Part shown: positions 29,040 to 39,486 of the stretch, one piece after another
Position numbering within the stretch: position 1 is the stretch's first letter
Layout of the letters: each line of letters starts with the position of its first letter
Assembly: GCA_963717145.1 (NCBI GenBank)
Contig: OY970325.1
Coordinates: 5,216,001-5,280,000, forward strand
DNA length: 64,000 nucleotides
DNA from: an uncultured Armatimonadetes bacterium
GTDB lineage: Bacteria; Armatimonadota; UBA5829; DTJY01
Direction of reading: 5' to 3'
The notes under the pieces: generated by a model
Databases searched by the model: none
What the model was told of the DNA's origin: nothing
The model's input: only the letters and a program-made list of their open reading frames with translations
Made by a program: the position numbers and the translations under genes

Positions 29040-31030
29040 ATGGCAGTCGAACCCTACGATCCGCGACTCTTATCCGCAGCAGACACCGCGACCGAGCACG
29101 AATCCGCCCAGGCCGATCCTTCGACAGGCTCAGGAGGCATCACCTGGCGCGCGCTCCTGATCGGGTTCATCGCCATCATCCCCGGCGTCTTCTGGGGCGT
29201 CTACGGCGATGTCGTCTCCCAGACCGACCTGACCTCGACCTCGCTGATGATGCCGCCGGTCCTCATCCTGATGGCGCTCCTCGTCCTCAACGGCATCGTC
29301 AGGCGCATCAGGCCGATATGGGTGCTCGGCCGCACGGAGTTGATCACCATCTACGCGATGCTTACCGTCTCCGTGATCCTCTCCGGCATGGGGATGCTCC
29401 AGTTCCTGATGACATCCCTCGGCGCGGTCCCGCACTTTGCCACCCCCGAGAACGGATGGGGCGCTTACCTCAACATGGTCCCGCACTGGATCATGCCGAA
29501 GCTCTCCGCCATCGACGGCTTCTACGTCGGCAACAAGCCGATCCCCTGGTCTGCGTGGACGAACCCGATCCTCCTGTGGAGCGGATTCCTCTTCGCGATG
29601 CTCTTCTGCATGATGTGCATCAACACGATCCTCCGCAAGCAGTGGATCGAGCGGGAACGGCTCACATATCCCATAGTCCAACTTCCGCTGGAGATGACCG
29701 ACCCGAAGAGCCGGTTCTTCTCGAACAGGCTGATGTGGGCAGGGTTCTTCACCGCCGCCGCACTCGAGACGCTGAACAGCCTCGCGTTCCTCTATCCGAA
29801 TGTTCCCCAGGTGCAGTTGCGGGCGTTCGACCTTCAGCCGTTCTTCAGCACCGCGCCGTGGAATGGGGTGGGGTACTTCCCGACGACCTTCTACCCGCTC
29901 GCCATCGGACTCGGGTTCGTGCTCGCGACCGACGTGAGCTTCTCGTGCTGGTTCTTCTACCTCGTGACCAAGGTGGAGGGAGTCCTCACCTCAGCGCTCG
30001 GCTGGACGGGTGGGGCGGGCGCGATGAGCGCTCCGCCGTATCTCGCCCAGCAGAGCGTCGGCGGGTTTATCGGCATCGGCGTCGTGGTGATCTACCTCGC
30101 GAGGAATCACCTCAGGGACGTCTTCGCGAAGGTCTTCACCCGCGACTCCGGCGTTGACGATTCCGAAGAGCCGATGAGCTATCGGATGGCGGTCTTCGGG
30201 CTGGGGCTCGGATTCCTCATCATGGTGATATTCTGCGTGGCGGTCGGCGTCTCTCCGGCTGTGGGGATCGCGTATCTCGGCCTCTACATGCTCTTCGCCA
30301 CGACGATCAGCCGACTCCGCGCCGAAGCCGGGCCTGCATGGGTGATGGGCCCGGGTGGGACGCGCTCGACAGCCTCACCCGCCCGATCGGGACCGGGGCA
30401 TTCAGCGGGGGAAACCTCGTCGCGCTCGCCTACTTCCACTGGTTCAGCATCGAGATGAGGTGCTGTCCGATGGGCGTGCAGGCCGAGGGGATGAAGATGG
30501 CGCAGGCGACCCGAACGAAGCAGCGGGTGATGACGATCGTTCTCCTCGCGGCGATGGTCATCGGGATCGCGGTCGGATTCTGGGCGTGCCTCGCGGTATG
30601 GTACAAGTTCGGCGCGGGGACGGCGAAGGTCGAGCCGTGGCGCACCGGTATGGGCGCGGCGCCATTCGACCGGGTCACGGACTACATGCAGAACCCGCAG
30701 AGGGCCGATGTCGCGGGCATCCTGGCGATCGTCTTCGGCACGGGGTTCACGTTCCTGCTCAGTCTGATGCGGAGCCGGTTCGTATGGTTTCCGCTCCATC
30801 CGGCGGGATACGTGCTCGCGAACACCGGCACGATGTACTGGCTCTGGTGTCCGTTCCTGCTGGCGTGGATCATCAAGGTCCTGATCATCCGCTACGGCGG
30901 GATCAAGGGCTACCGGACCGCGCTCCCATTCTTCCTCGGCCTCGTCCTCGGCGACTACATAGCCTCGAGCCTCTGGGCCCTCGCGGGCTCCGTTCTCGGC
31001 ATCACCATGTACCGCTGCTTCCCCTGCTGA
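29040..31030 (+). CDS. DUF6785/DUF6784-type membrane protein, paralog 2; single frameshift at ~30352
   Basis: ILRKQWIERERLTYP and RLRAEAG in 29040-30458, WFPLHPAGY in 30338-31030; joined length matches paralogs. Confidence 0.82.
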
Positions 31031-31092
31031 TTTCATACTAGTACTCGTGCTCGTAATCGTACTCGTAATCGCGGTCTTGGGGTTGTCGCGCG

Positions 31093-31545
31093 CTAAGCAG
31101 TAGTGGCGACGATCTCCGACGGGGTGATCGCGGTGATCTCGGGGTATCGAGCGAAGTCGGAGGGATTCAGGGTCACCAGATGAGTGATGCCGTGCGCCAT
31201 CATGAAGGCGACTATCCGTGCATCGTGGGCCTTCTTGCCGAGGACGGAGTATGACTGGACTACCGTCCGCCAACGAGCCGCCATGTCTTCAGGCTCAGGC
31301 AGACAAGGAAAGAGTATCTCGATCTCGTCCATGTGGCCGTCGGCCTTCTCGAGGTCGAACCCCAGTCCATTCACATCCAGCGGCCTGGTAGCCACAACCC
31401 AGGATTCTATCAGCACCTGAGCACACACATGGCAAGGCACACCCGACTTGCGAAGGGAATCCAGCGCCGCTACGATCTCAGGGTTGCTCGGATCGCTCAG
31501 TTCGAAGAACCTGAGGAGCACGTTGGTGTCGATCAGGAAGGTCAC
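31093..31545 (-). CDS. PIN-domain (VapC-like) toxin
   Basis: FLIDTNVLLR, QVLIE, HDARIVA, TLNPSDF. Confidence 0.9.
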   Translation of the reverse strand: MTFLIDTNVLLRFFELSDPSNPEIVAALDSLRKSGVPCHVCAQVLIESWVVATRPLDVNGLGFDLEKADGHMDEIEILFPCLPEPEDMAARWRTVVQSYSVLGKKAHDARIVAFMMAHGITHLVTLNPSDFARYPEITAITPSEIVATTA

Positions 31546-31775
31546 AGCCGGTCCTCATACATATTCTCACGCCTGAGGGCCTCATCGGGGATGCGGACGC
31601 CGGATACCCGCCCGGCAAGGAGTCTCCGCCAGGCTGCATCTTTTGACGAAGTGCGCCGACGCTGAGGCTTCTCAACCGCGAGTTGGATTACCAGCGACTG
31701 GTTGATCGGCAGGTCCACCGGATCGTCGGGAACGATGGTCTTGCCATCATAATGCGCGCGGATTCTCATTGCCAT
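31542..31775 (-). CDS. Putative antitoxin (DUF104/AF2212-like N-terminus)
   Basis: MRIRAHYDGKTIVPDDPVDLP...ALRRENMYED; 4-nt overlap with PIN gene; TGGTATAAT extended -10 upstream (~31794-31802). Confidence 0.75.
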   Translation of the reverse strand: MAMRIRAHYDGKTIVPDDPVDLPINQSLVIQLAVEKPQRRRTSSKDAAWRRLLAGRVSGVRIPDEALRRENMYEDRL

Positions 31776-31810
31776 GGGATTCACCTCGCAAGCATTATAC
31801 CACATCGGCT

Positions 31811-32047
31811 CTGCATCGGTCGGGATACGTGTTGGTGAACACCGGCACGATGTACTGGCTCTGGTGTCCGTTCATGGTGGCATGGTTCGTCAAGGTCCTG
31901 ATCATCCGCTACGGCGGGATCAAGGGCTACCGGACCGCGCTCCCGTTCTTCCTCGGGCTCGTCCTCGGCGACTACATCGCCTCATCCCTCTGGGCCCTCG
32001 CGGGCTCCGTCCTCGGCATCACGATGTACCGCTGCTTCCCGTGCTGA
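31811..32047 (+). pseudogene. Orphan duplicate of the last 237 bp of the 29040-31030 gene
   Basis: Colinear with 30794-31030; 20 differences by hand count (~92% identity); ends at the equivalent TGA. Confidence 0.92.
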
Positions 32048-32281
32048 TGGTCGATGGTTGATGGTTGATGGGGAAACGTCAGCCCTGAGTGTGCTGGTGA
32101 ATGACGTCGTGTATAGAAGGGCGGGCCACCGAAGGGAGGACATTCCGACGACCGCTGACGGGCAGTTCCCGCTAGTTGTGCCTGCCCCCCGTTTCTTGTC
32201 CCTCATTTCTGTCCGGTGAAGGAACTCCTCGGCATAAAGATGAATGCTCTAATCACTAGCTAACCCGCAGAGGTAGGGCGC

Positions 32282-35200
32282 ATGGGCGACAAGCCAAAGA
32301 AGGTTCGGACACCGATACCGGCGGAGATCGAGCGGCAAGTAAAAGTCGAGGCAGGCTTTCGCTGCAGCATACCAAGATGTGGAAGCACGTCAGTCTTGGA
32401 GATCCACCATATCGATGAAGACGCGAGCAATCATGATTCCACGAATCTGCTTGTTCTCTGTTCAATCTGTCACGCGCGTATAACCAGAGGGGAGATCGAC
32501 CAGAAAGCTTGCCGGATGATCAAGCAGGCCATGCTCTCACACGGCGCGTCACAAGATGAGTTGCTCGCTATCAAGGACACCATCTTCTCAGAGATGCGCA
32601 GGCTGGTTGGTCAGCAGGATGTGTCCAGACCTCTTGACGAAGCCGAGAAGGGGAATATCGGAGTCCCTCTTGGCGTCTTGGACTCGAGTGGAAGACCGGA
32701 GAATGGCTTGGTTCCCGTGCGCCCGCCGTTCGCAGATGATCTGAGGATCGACGAGAAAGCGGCTATCATGGACGCTCGGGCGCTCACCGAAGTCGACTAC
32801 ATATTCTTTCGGCGTTACTCGGATGGTCGCTCCTCTGTTATCTCTGCGTACGTTGTCGATAACACCGACGATAGGCTTACTCACGATGGGCTTGCCCAAC
32901 TGCATCGAAAAGTCTGGCTGCGTGGCACAGTCCCCCTGCTCTACGTCTTCCAGCATACTCACATAGACCTGCTCGCCTGTGCAAGAGGAGCGGACTTCTG
33001 GAGAGATGACGAGGACAGATGCCACTACAACCCTGTGAAATGTATACAGATTGCCGGTGACATAACTAATGAACTGAAACGCCTAGCCGAAGGGACGTTT
33101 TGGGAAGACCCGGCCAACAGGGAACTTGCCGATTATACAAAAGCTTCACACCAGTGTTTGATACAGGCCGTTGTCGAGGCGGATCGCGACCTAAGAGGTA
33201 AGGAGAACCCGACACTCCGTCATCTCCTCCTACTGATGGTGCTGATCAAGTACCTGGAGGATCGCCGTGTTTTTCCGGAGGGTCGGCTATCGCAATTCAG
33301 GCCGAGTGCGGAGACCTTCTTCGACATACTCCGAGGTGGCGATCCATCCCAAGTCTACGAATGCCTGGATGCCCTGGAATCCAGGTTTGATGGCGATATA
33401 TTCGCGTTACCCCGCGTCGATATTACCTCTGAGAGACTACACAGCTTCGCTCGTCTTGTTGAAGCGAGAACGATAGGGCACCAGAGATATCTCTGGACCA
33501 GTTTTCATTCGAATACCTGCCGGTGGAGATCATAAGTCATCTGTATCAACGCTTCGTTGAAGGTGGTCATGGGGCAGTCTACACCCCACCGTTCCTCGCT
33601 GCGCTTCTACTAGATCATGCGATGCCCTACGAAGGGCTACGGGGTGACGAACGAGTGCTCGACCCGGCGTGCGGCTCCGGCGTATTCCTAGTCGCTGCTT
33701 TTCGTAGACTCGTCAATCACTGGCGAAGCAAACACGGGTGGAAGCCGCCCGATGTAGAGGTGCTCAAATCCATCGCAAAGCATAGCATATTTGGCGTTGA
33801 GCTTGATGAGTTCGCGGTCAGTCTCACGGCTTTCAGTTTGTCATTGGCCATCTGTGACTCATTACATCCCAACGTTATCTGGGACAGGCTGAAGTTTGAT
33901 CCCTTGTGTCATTCGAATGTGCTACAATCCGACTTCTTTGAGGTACTGCTTGCCTCTAGGTTAGGCAAGCGTACGATTCTGAATGATGAGTTCGATGTAG
34001 TGCTTGGCAATCCTCCCTTCGTGAGCATTCTGTCTGAGGCAGCCAGTGAAGTGAACCGCGTTTCTAGACGAGATACTTCCCGTGTACCAGTCTCCGACAA
34101 GCAGTTAGCTTATCTGTTTCTAGAGCAATCCTTTAGCATTCTTCGCCCTGGGGGTCGAGTCTGCCTTATTCAGCCTGCGGGATTGCTTCACAACAGGATG
34201 GCCAAGGCGTTCCAGCAGGGCTTGTTTCGGAAGCAGACGATCCATGCGATTCTGGATTTGGCTTCCATACGTAATCTTTACGACGGGGCCGATCCCAGGA
34301 CCATCGCAGTCTCGGCCACACACAGCCCGCCAAGAAGCGATCATTGGATCGAGCATCTGGTGTTTCGTCGTACAGTTAGCGTCAGAGAACGGATATGTTT
34401 CGAGCTAGATCACTATGATCGTTTCACGGTGTCCCAGCATGACGCGCAGACCGACCCCTATGTATGGAGGGTGAATCTATTCGGTGGAGGTCGTCTTCTC
34501 GATCTTTCCAGAAGACTAAGAGAGATGCCGACACTGCGGCAGCATCTCGACCATATGACTGAACGCAGGGGATGGGAGTATGGGGAAGGGTATATCGCAG
34601 GAAAGAAGGGCAAGAGATCGAGAGCCCTGTTCCTAACTGGCAAACCGCTCCTGCCAGCAGTGGCCTTCACAGATGAAGGGATAGATCACACCCAGCTGTC
34701 TACCGTGAAGGAGACCACCTTTGCTTCTCCCCGCAGAGAAGCATTCTACACGCCGCCACTTATCTTAATTAAGGAAACAGCCTCTCTTCCCATAGTCCTA
34801 TGGGATGAGGGGCCGATCGCATACGGACATAGGATTGTGGGCATACACGCGCCATCGGCGCAATCAGCCGTCTTGCAGTCTATGTATCAGATGCTCAGAG
34901 AGCGGCATGCTACATATCGGTTCTGTACCGCTCTACATAGTACGGAAGCGGGGATAGACAGAGCTACCTCCATCCGAAAGCAGGATCTGGATGCCCTTCC
35001 ATATCCCGAAAACGCGGAAGAGCTAGCCTTCTGTGATTGGGAGCAGTCACTCTGTGATGACGTCACTGGCCTGATGTTTGACTACTTACTGAAGGGAGAG
35101 GAGTCAATCCTTCTCAGGACAGCGGCAAGCAATGGAGAACTTGATCAGTACTCAGGCACGTTTGTCCAGATGCTAGGAAGCATCTACCCGAACCTCAAGG

Positions 35201-35475
35201 CATCCTTTCCACGGTTCACGAACGGCCTCATCTGCCAACCTTTCTACTTCGACGAACTGCCAGATTTGTCATGGCTAGATGAGCCGATGTCGGGCAAGCT
35301 GGACGCGCTTATCTATGACCAGCGGCAGCATCTGCGAACGGTCCGTGTATTGCGTCTATACCTGGATAATGTGCTGCTGCTGATCAAGCCTGACAGGTTG
35401 CGGTATTGGATCAGATCTACGGCCATTCGTGATGCAGATGAAACATTGCTTCACCTACAGGAGTGGGGTTACTAG
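32282..35475 (+). CDS. HNH-fused N6-adenine DNA methyltransferase (type IIG/Eco57I-like architecture); single frameshift at ~33496
   Basis: C..P.C...LEIHHID...NL.VLC..CH (HNH); YTP, DPACGSGVFL, GNPPF; restoring one G gives YLWDQFSFEYLPVEIISHLY. Confidence 0.8.
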
Positions 35476-36218
35476 TCATGAACAGCGGTTATCCCTACTC
35501 AGCGCCAATCGGGAGGATCACAGCGGGTATTGAGCTGGGCACACTCGCTAACAAGATTATCGATTTCGTTCGCCAGCAGCTGCCAGCATGGAGGGACCAC
35601 CCCGACCGTGATGATGTCCAGTCGGAGTTCCGCCTAACCTCCCAACTCTGTGTATTCCTCAATGCCAGGGCGCGCCAGGCTCGCTTCTCTATGATCCAGT
35701 TCCATCACGAGCTACCGCAGCCCCGGAGTCGAAGCGTCGATCTATCAGTACATCCGTTGGATCCCCTGCAGATCGATGCCCGACTCTTCTCAGTATTTCA
35801 CCCAGTTCTGGTGTTAGAGTGCAAGCGACTTCCCCCTCCAGATCCAAAACGCGAGAGGGAGTATGTGACAGGCGATGCGAACAAGCGGAGCGGCGGCATA
35901 CAACGTTTCAAATTGGGTTTGCATGGTTCTGACACCGATGTCGCGGGTATGATTGGATTTCTCCAGGAGGCCACCGCTCCACATTGGCATAGCACAATCA
36001 ACGGATGGATTCTTGAGCTATGCAACGGCACTCCGGCCGATGGATGTACTTGGAGCAGTGACGAGGTTCTATCGGAGATCGATTGCAGTGTTTCCGGTGG
36101 CGTTACCAGCTACTGCTCAGTTCACTCGAGGACTTCCTCAAGATCAGGCCAGCCTATCACCATCCATCATGTGTGGGTTGCGATGAACCAGCTACAGGGT
36201 GCTTGTAGAACGAGTTGA
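35463..36218 (+). CDS. Hypothetical protein, possible PD-(D/E)xK nuclease
   Basis: E...VDL...LECKRL spacing; REYV..GGIQRFK.G.HG; coupled to the MTase stop (start 35463 or 35478). Confidence 0.65.
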   Translation: MGLLVMNSGYPYSAPIGRITAGIELGTLANKIIDFVRQQLPAWRDHPDRDDVQSEFRLTSQLCVFLNARARQARFSMIQFHHELPQPRSRSVDLSVHPLDPLQIDARLFSVFHPVLVLECKRLPPPDPKREREYVTGDANKRSGGIQRFKLGLHGSDTDVAGMIGFLQEATAPHWHSTINGWILELCNGTPADGCTWSSDEVLSEIDCSVSGGVTSYCSVHSRTSSRSGQPITIHHVWVAMNQLQGACRTS

Positions 36219-36398
36219 TGCCGGTAAGTGGGGTGGTTGGTGGGGCTATCTCAGGGAAAGATGTGACCAAATCGTTCTACAGGGGTTCTGTAGAACGATT
36301 TGACGCCGGTAAGTGGGGTATTTGGTGGAGGTAACTCACGGAAAGACGCCGCCAACGCGGTCTACAGACAGTCTGTAGACGGAGTTGGCGGCGTTTTC
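36192..36398. repeat. 85-bp-period tandem repeat with CTACAG..CTGTAG hairpins (2.4 units)
   Basis: CTACAG at 36192, 36277, 36362; perfect 15-bp IR 36268-36302; long hairpin 36341-36398. Confidence 0.8.
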
Positions 36399-36589
36399 AT
36401 GCCGATTGGGAATCACTGCTGGGGAGTTTGCGCCGTCCGGTAGCCGAGGGAACCCTGCTGAGAGCCGAGTGGCAGGCCATAATATCTAATAGGTAACGAG
36501 TAATGAGTAAGCAGGAGGAACGCGCGCTCATCTTTCGCCGGTCATTACTTGTTACCCATTACCCATTGCGCCTTACCGGGAGGATACCC

Positions 36590-37249
36590 ATGGCTGGAGA
36601 TTATGTTCCACATTCGGAGTTGAAGCTGATCAGTTGGGCGGAGAAGTTCGTGGGCTTCCTGGAGGATCATGCCGCCGAGACCGGCCTGCCTCCCGAGGAA
36701 CTGGCGGCGGTCCGGTCGGAGTTCGATGAGTTCGCAAGCGCCTTTGCCGCGCACGACGCCGCTCGGGTTCACGCAAAGGCAATGTGCAGCGTGAAGGATG
36801 ATGCCCGGCGGCCACTGGTGAACAGACTTCGCTCGATCGCCACGCGCGTGAAGGTCAATATGACCATCGATGCCGAGGTCAAGAACGGGGCACGGGCAGT
36901 CATCGGCAAGTCGCCTCGACACCCGCGGATGGGAGTATCCGACGACCGCCCGCACGCGATCATAGATACCGGGCAGCGGCTGAGGCACATCTTCCGCATC
37001 ATGAACGAGAATACACAGGGCATACACAAGGCTCGGCCGTCGGATGTCGTCGCCTGCGAGCTTTGGAGGCGGAACGGCGATGGGACCGGCGACTGGAAAT
37101 ACGTTGGCGGCAAGTCGGGCAAGCCGTTTGCTATCCTGTATCGCGAGGAGGACTCCGGCAAGCAGGTGCAGTACCGGCTGCGCTGGGTCGGCCGCCAGGG
37201 TGTTAAGGGCGGCTGGAGCGGAATCAAGATCGCGACGATCGCGGCGTAA
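36590..37249 (+). CDS. Hypothetical protein: N-terminal helical bundle plus C-terminal FN3-like beta domain
   Basis: MAGDYVP..E..L..W...F; YRLRWV...G.KG.WS C-terminus; GGAGG before ATG 36590. Confidence 0.7.
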   Translation: MAGDYVPHSELKLISWAEKFVGFLEDHAAETGLPPEELAAVRSEFDEFASAFAAHDAARVHAKAMCSVKDDARRPLVNRLRSIATRVKVNMTIDAEVKNGARAVIGKSPRHPRMGVSDDRPHAIIDTGQRLRHIFRIMNENTQGIHKARPSDVVACELWRRNGDGTGDWKYVGGKSGKPFAILYREEDSGKQVQYRLRWVGRQGVKGGWSGIKIATIAA

Positions 37250-37393
37250 TGCGGAATGCGGATTGCGGAATGGGGCGGGGACGATGGGGTCCCCGCCCAT
37301 CCTGCATTCTTGTCTGAGCCGGACGAAAGACACCGGCATACTCAGGGCTGACGGGGTGGGGGAGCGAACACCTGTGCCCAACATGCTCCTTCG

Positions 37394-37494
37394 AAAGAAA
37401 CTCCCTACTGGGTGGGCGGGCGGGTACAAACTCCGGGAACGGCGACCGCATCCGGAGTTTGTACCCGCCCGCCCACCCAGTAGGGAGTTTCTTT
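37394..37494. repeat. Perfect 43-bp inverted repeat between convergent genes
   Basis: AAAGAAACTCCCTACTGGGTGGGCGGGCGGGTACAAACTCCGG-N15-reverse complement. Confidence 0.9.
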
Positions 37495-37509
37495 TACTCC
37501 CATACTCCC

Positions 37510-39330
37510 TCACTCCTTGCCTCTGACCATCCAGGCCGTGCTGTGCGGGGGGATAGCGAGCCTCTGGGATGAAAGCCCGGTCGCGGGGAATGCCCTGCCG
37601 GGCGACTCGACGCTGACGGCGGTGGGCGAGTCCCAGTGATTGACCGCGACATCCACCTCGTAGCCATCCCCGACGAGGAGGGCGGTCTCGACGCCCGGGG
37701 TCGCGGGCAGACGGGATGCGCGGAGGGCGTCCGACATCTCTCTGAGAGTCGATTTCAGCGGACCGAGGCCGGAGTCCTCGCCGCCGTCGAGGGAGAGCGT
37801 GATGATCGTCGCCCCGCGCTTCTCGGCATCGGCAAGCGCGTCCCGGAACGCGTCGGAGTAGGGCGCATCGGGGACGACGAGCAGCTTGTACGGGTCGATC
37901 TTGTCGGTGCTGGAGAATGCCCAGTCCACGGGGACATCCGCGTCGTGGAAAGTCTGCCAGATTCGTACCAGGCGGCGGTCGAGCGGGATCTCATCGGCAT
38001 TGCGCATCACATACGCCTCGTAGGGCATCACGATGGCGGCTCGTGAGGGTGCAGGCTTCGCGGCGTAGAGGTAGGGCGCGACCTCCAGGAACGTCTTGTT
38101 CGCGTCGGCGGCTTCCTCGGACGCCTTCTTCTGCCAGAGGGGAGCGTCCGCCTCCCGCCGGCCCGTGGCGATGACGCCCGCGCGGTCGTCACGTTCGTTG
38201 TAGCCGTAGTGGAGGGGGAGCAAGCCGCGCGCGGACATACTGCCGAGCATCTCCGACTGACCCCACGGGCGGTGGAACTCGACCGGGCGGGCGGTCCACG
38301 CCTTGTAGCCCGAGTCGAGGTAGTAGATCAGCGCGCCGATCCGCCCCACGGAGGCCGACTTCATCAGATCGGCGTCGGCGAGGACGAACTCGAGGCCGTC
38401 GTCGCCGTCCGGTTCGTCGCCGATCACGTCGAAATCCTTCCAAAGCTCGGGCCGGATCGCCCTTCGACCGATGCCGCCCTGGTTGACTCCGCTCTTGCTG
38501 CCTTCGAGGAGTCCGTGCTGGCGGAACGCGACCATCGTGTAGAGGCCGGGGAACTTCGCCTTGAGCCCGCGAGCGACCTGGCCCCAGCCGTCCGCAATGT
38601 ACTGAGCGCGGAACTCGCCCCAGAGGAGGAGGGCGTCCTGCCTGTCGGTGTCGGTCGACTTCGGCGGCGTATCGGCGATCACCTTGCCGACGTGCTGCTT
38701 CTGGTACTCGATCCATGCGGCATTCGTGTCGGCGGAGTACTCCAGCCAGTCGCCGTTGTAGTCGGCCATGCCTGTCTCATAGATCACGAGCATGAGCGGA
38801 TGATGCTTGCCGTCTGGCCCGAGGATTCGGGGCCACGCGGGATGGTCGATGTAGCGGGCGATCATCTGCGCCTCGTAATCGACCATGGCGGACACCCACT
38901 CGGGATCGCCCCACCGGGCGACGCATCCCGGGCAGAAGTTGGTCGGCGGCGCGCCCATCTCGGTGATCGGCGGCTCATGGCGCTGGGCGAACGGACCGCC
39001 CGCGTGGTAGTTCGCGTTCCACTGATCGGGCATCACCATCAGGCCGAGGCGCTCTGCGGTGGCGTAGTAGTGGTCCCAGACCTCGCCGAGCGAGAGATGC
39101 GTGTAGTCGGTATAGGCGACGGTCCATCCCCGGGCGACGACATCCTCGAGGTCGCGGTCCATGAGCGCGTACTCGGAGGGGAAGTCGTAGTACCGCTCGT
39201 AGTACATCGTGGAGACGAACGGCTTCCCGTTCTGGAGCATGCCGGTGAACGCCTTCGGCGGCTCGGGGATGTCGGCGGCCATCGCGCCGGATATGGTGGA
39301 TATTGCGATCATCAGAATCACCGCTTTCAT
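37510..39330 (-). CDS. Secreted putative glycoside hydrolase (TIM barrel plus GH42-trimerisation-like C-terminus)
   Basis: Signal peptide; NGKPF, W.EFR..., RAAIV, YKLLVVP motifs; operon context. Confidence 0.55.
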   Translation of the reverse strand: MKAVILMIAISTISGAMAADIPEPPKAFTGMLQNGKPFVSTMYYERYYDFPSEYALMDRDLEDVVARGWTVAYTDYTHLSLGEVWDHYYATAERLGLMVMPDQWNANYHAGGPFAQRHEPPITEMGAPPTNFCPGCVARWGDPEWVSAMVDYEAQMIARYIDHPAWPRILGPDGKHHPLMLVIYETGMADYNGDWLEYSADTNAAWIEYQKQHVGKVIADTPPKSTDTDRQDALLLWGEFRAQYIADGWGQVARGLKAKFPGLYTMVAFRQHGLLEGSKSGVNQGGIGRRAIRPELWKDFDVIGDEPDGDDGLEFVLADADLMKSASVGRIGALIYYLDSGYKAWTARPVEFHRPWGQSEMLGSMSARGLLPLHYGYNERDDRAGVIATGRREADAPLWQKKASEEAADANKTFLEVAPYLYAAKPAPSRAAIVMPYEAYVMRNADEIPLDRRLVRIWQTFHDADVPVDWAFSSTDKIDPYKLLVVPDAPYSDAFRDALADAEKRGATIITLSLDGGEDSGLGPLKSTLREMSDALRASRLPATPGVETALLVGDGYEVDVAVNHWDSPTAVSVESPGRAFPATGLSSQRLAIPPHSTAWMVRGKE

Positions 39331-39360
39331 AGTTCGATCTCCTTCGGGAGCGCCGATCAC

Positions 39361-39479
39361 GTTCGGGCTGGAGTTGTACTCCAGCCCGCATAACTGACCG
39401 CGGAGTTGGACTCCGCTCGGACGGGGAGTACAACTCCCCTGGTTAGTGTCGCGTGCCGGAGTACAACTCCGGCACGAAC
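39361..39479. repeat. Array of four GGAGT-N3-ACTCC hairpins
   Basis: Units 39364-39388, 39400-39416, 39423-39439, 39452-39476; bounded by GTTCG...CGAAC. Confidence 0.85.
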
Positions 39480-39486
39480 AGGGTGG

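Noticed and set aside
29118-29134. CCTTCGACAGGCTCAGG repeat remnant in the N-terminus of paralog 2
   Set aside because: Resembles a dispersed repeat family but is a single 17-nt copy in this window, too little to support
30794-32047. Diversity-generating retroelement TR/VR pair
   Set aside because: Differences are mostly synonymous and not confined to adenines; no reverse transcriptase in the window
31769-32047. Independent 92-aa gene
   Set aside because: It is the duplicated 3' fragment with a chance start overlapping the antitoxin promoter on the opposite strand
36192-36398. CRISPR array or integron attC sites
   Set aside because: The inter-hairpin segments are similar to each other rather than unique spacers, there are no cas or intI genes, and the ends do not fit RYYYAAC/GTTRRRY
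39361-39479. Mini-CRISPR
   Set aside because: Only a 13-nt core is shared, spacing is irregular (23-33 nt) and orientation flips within the array
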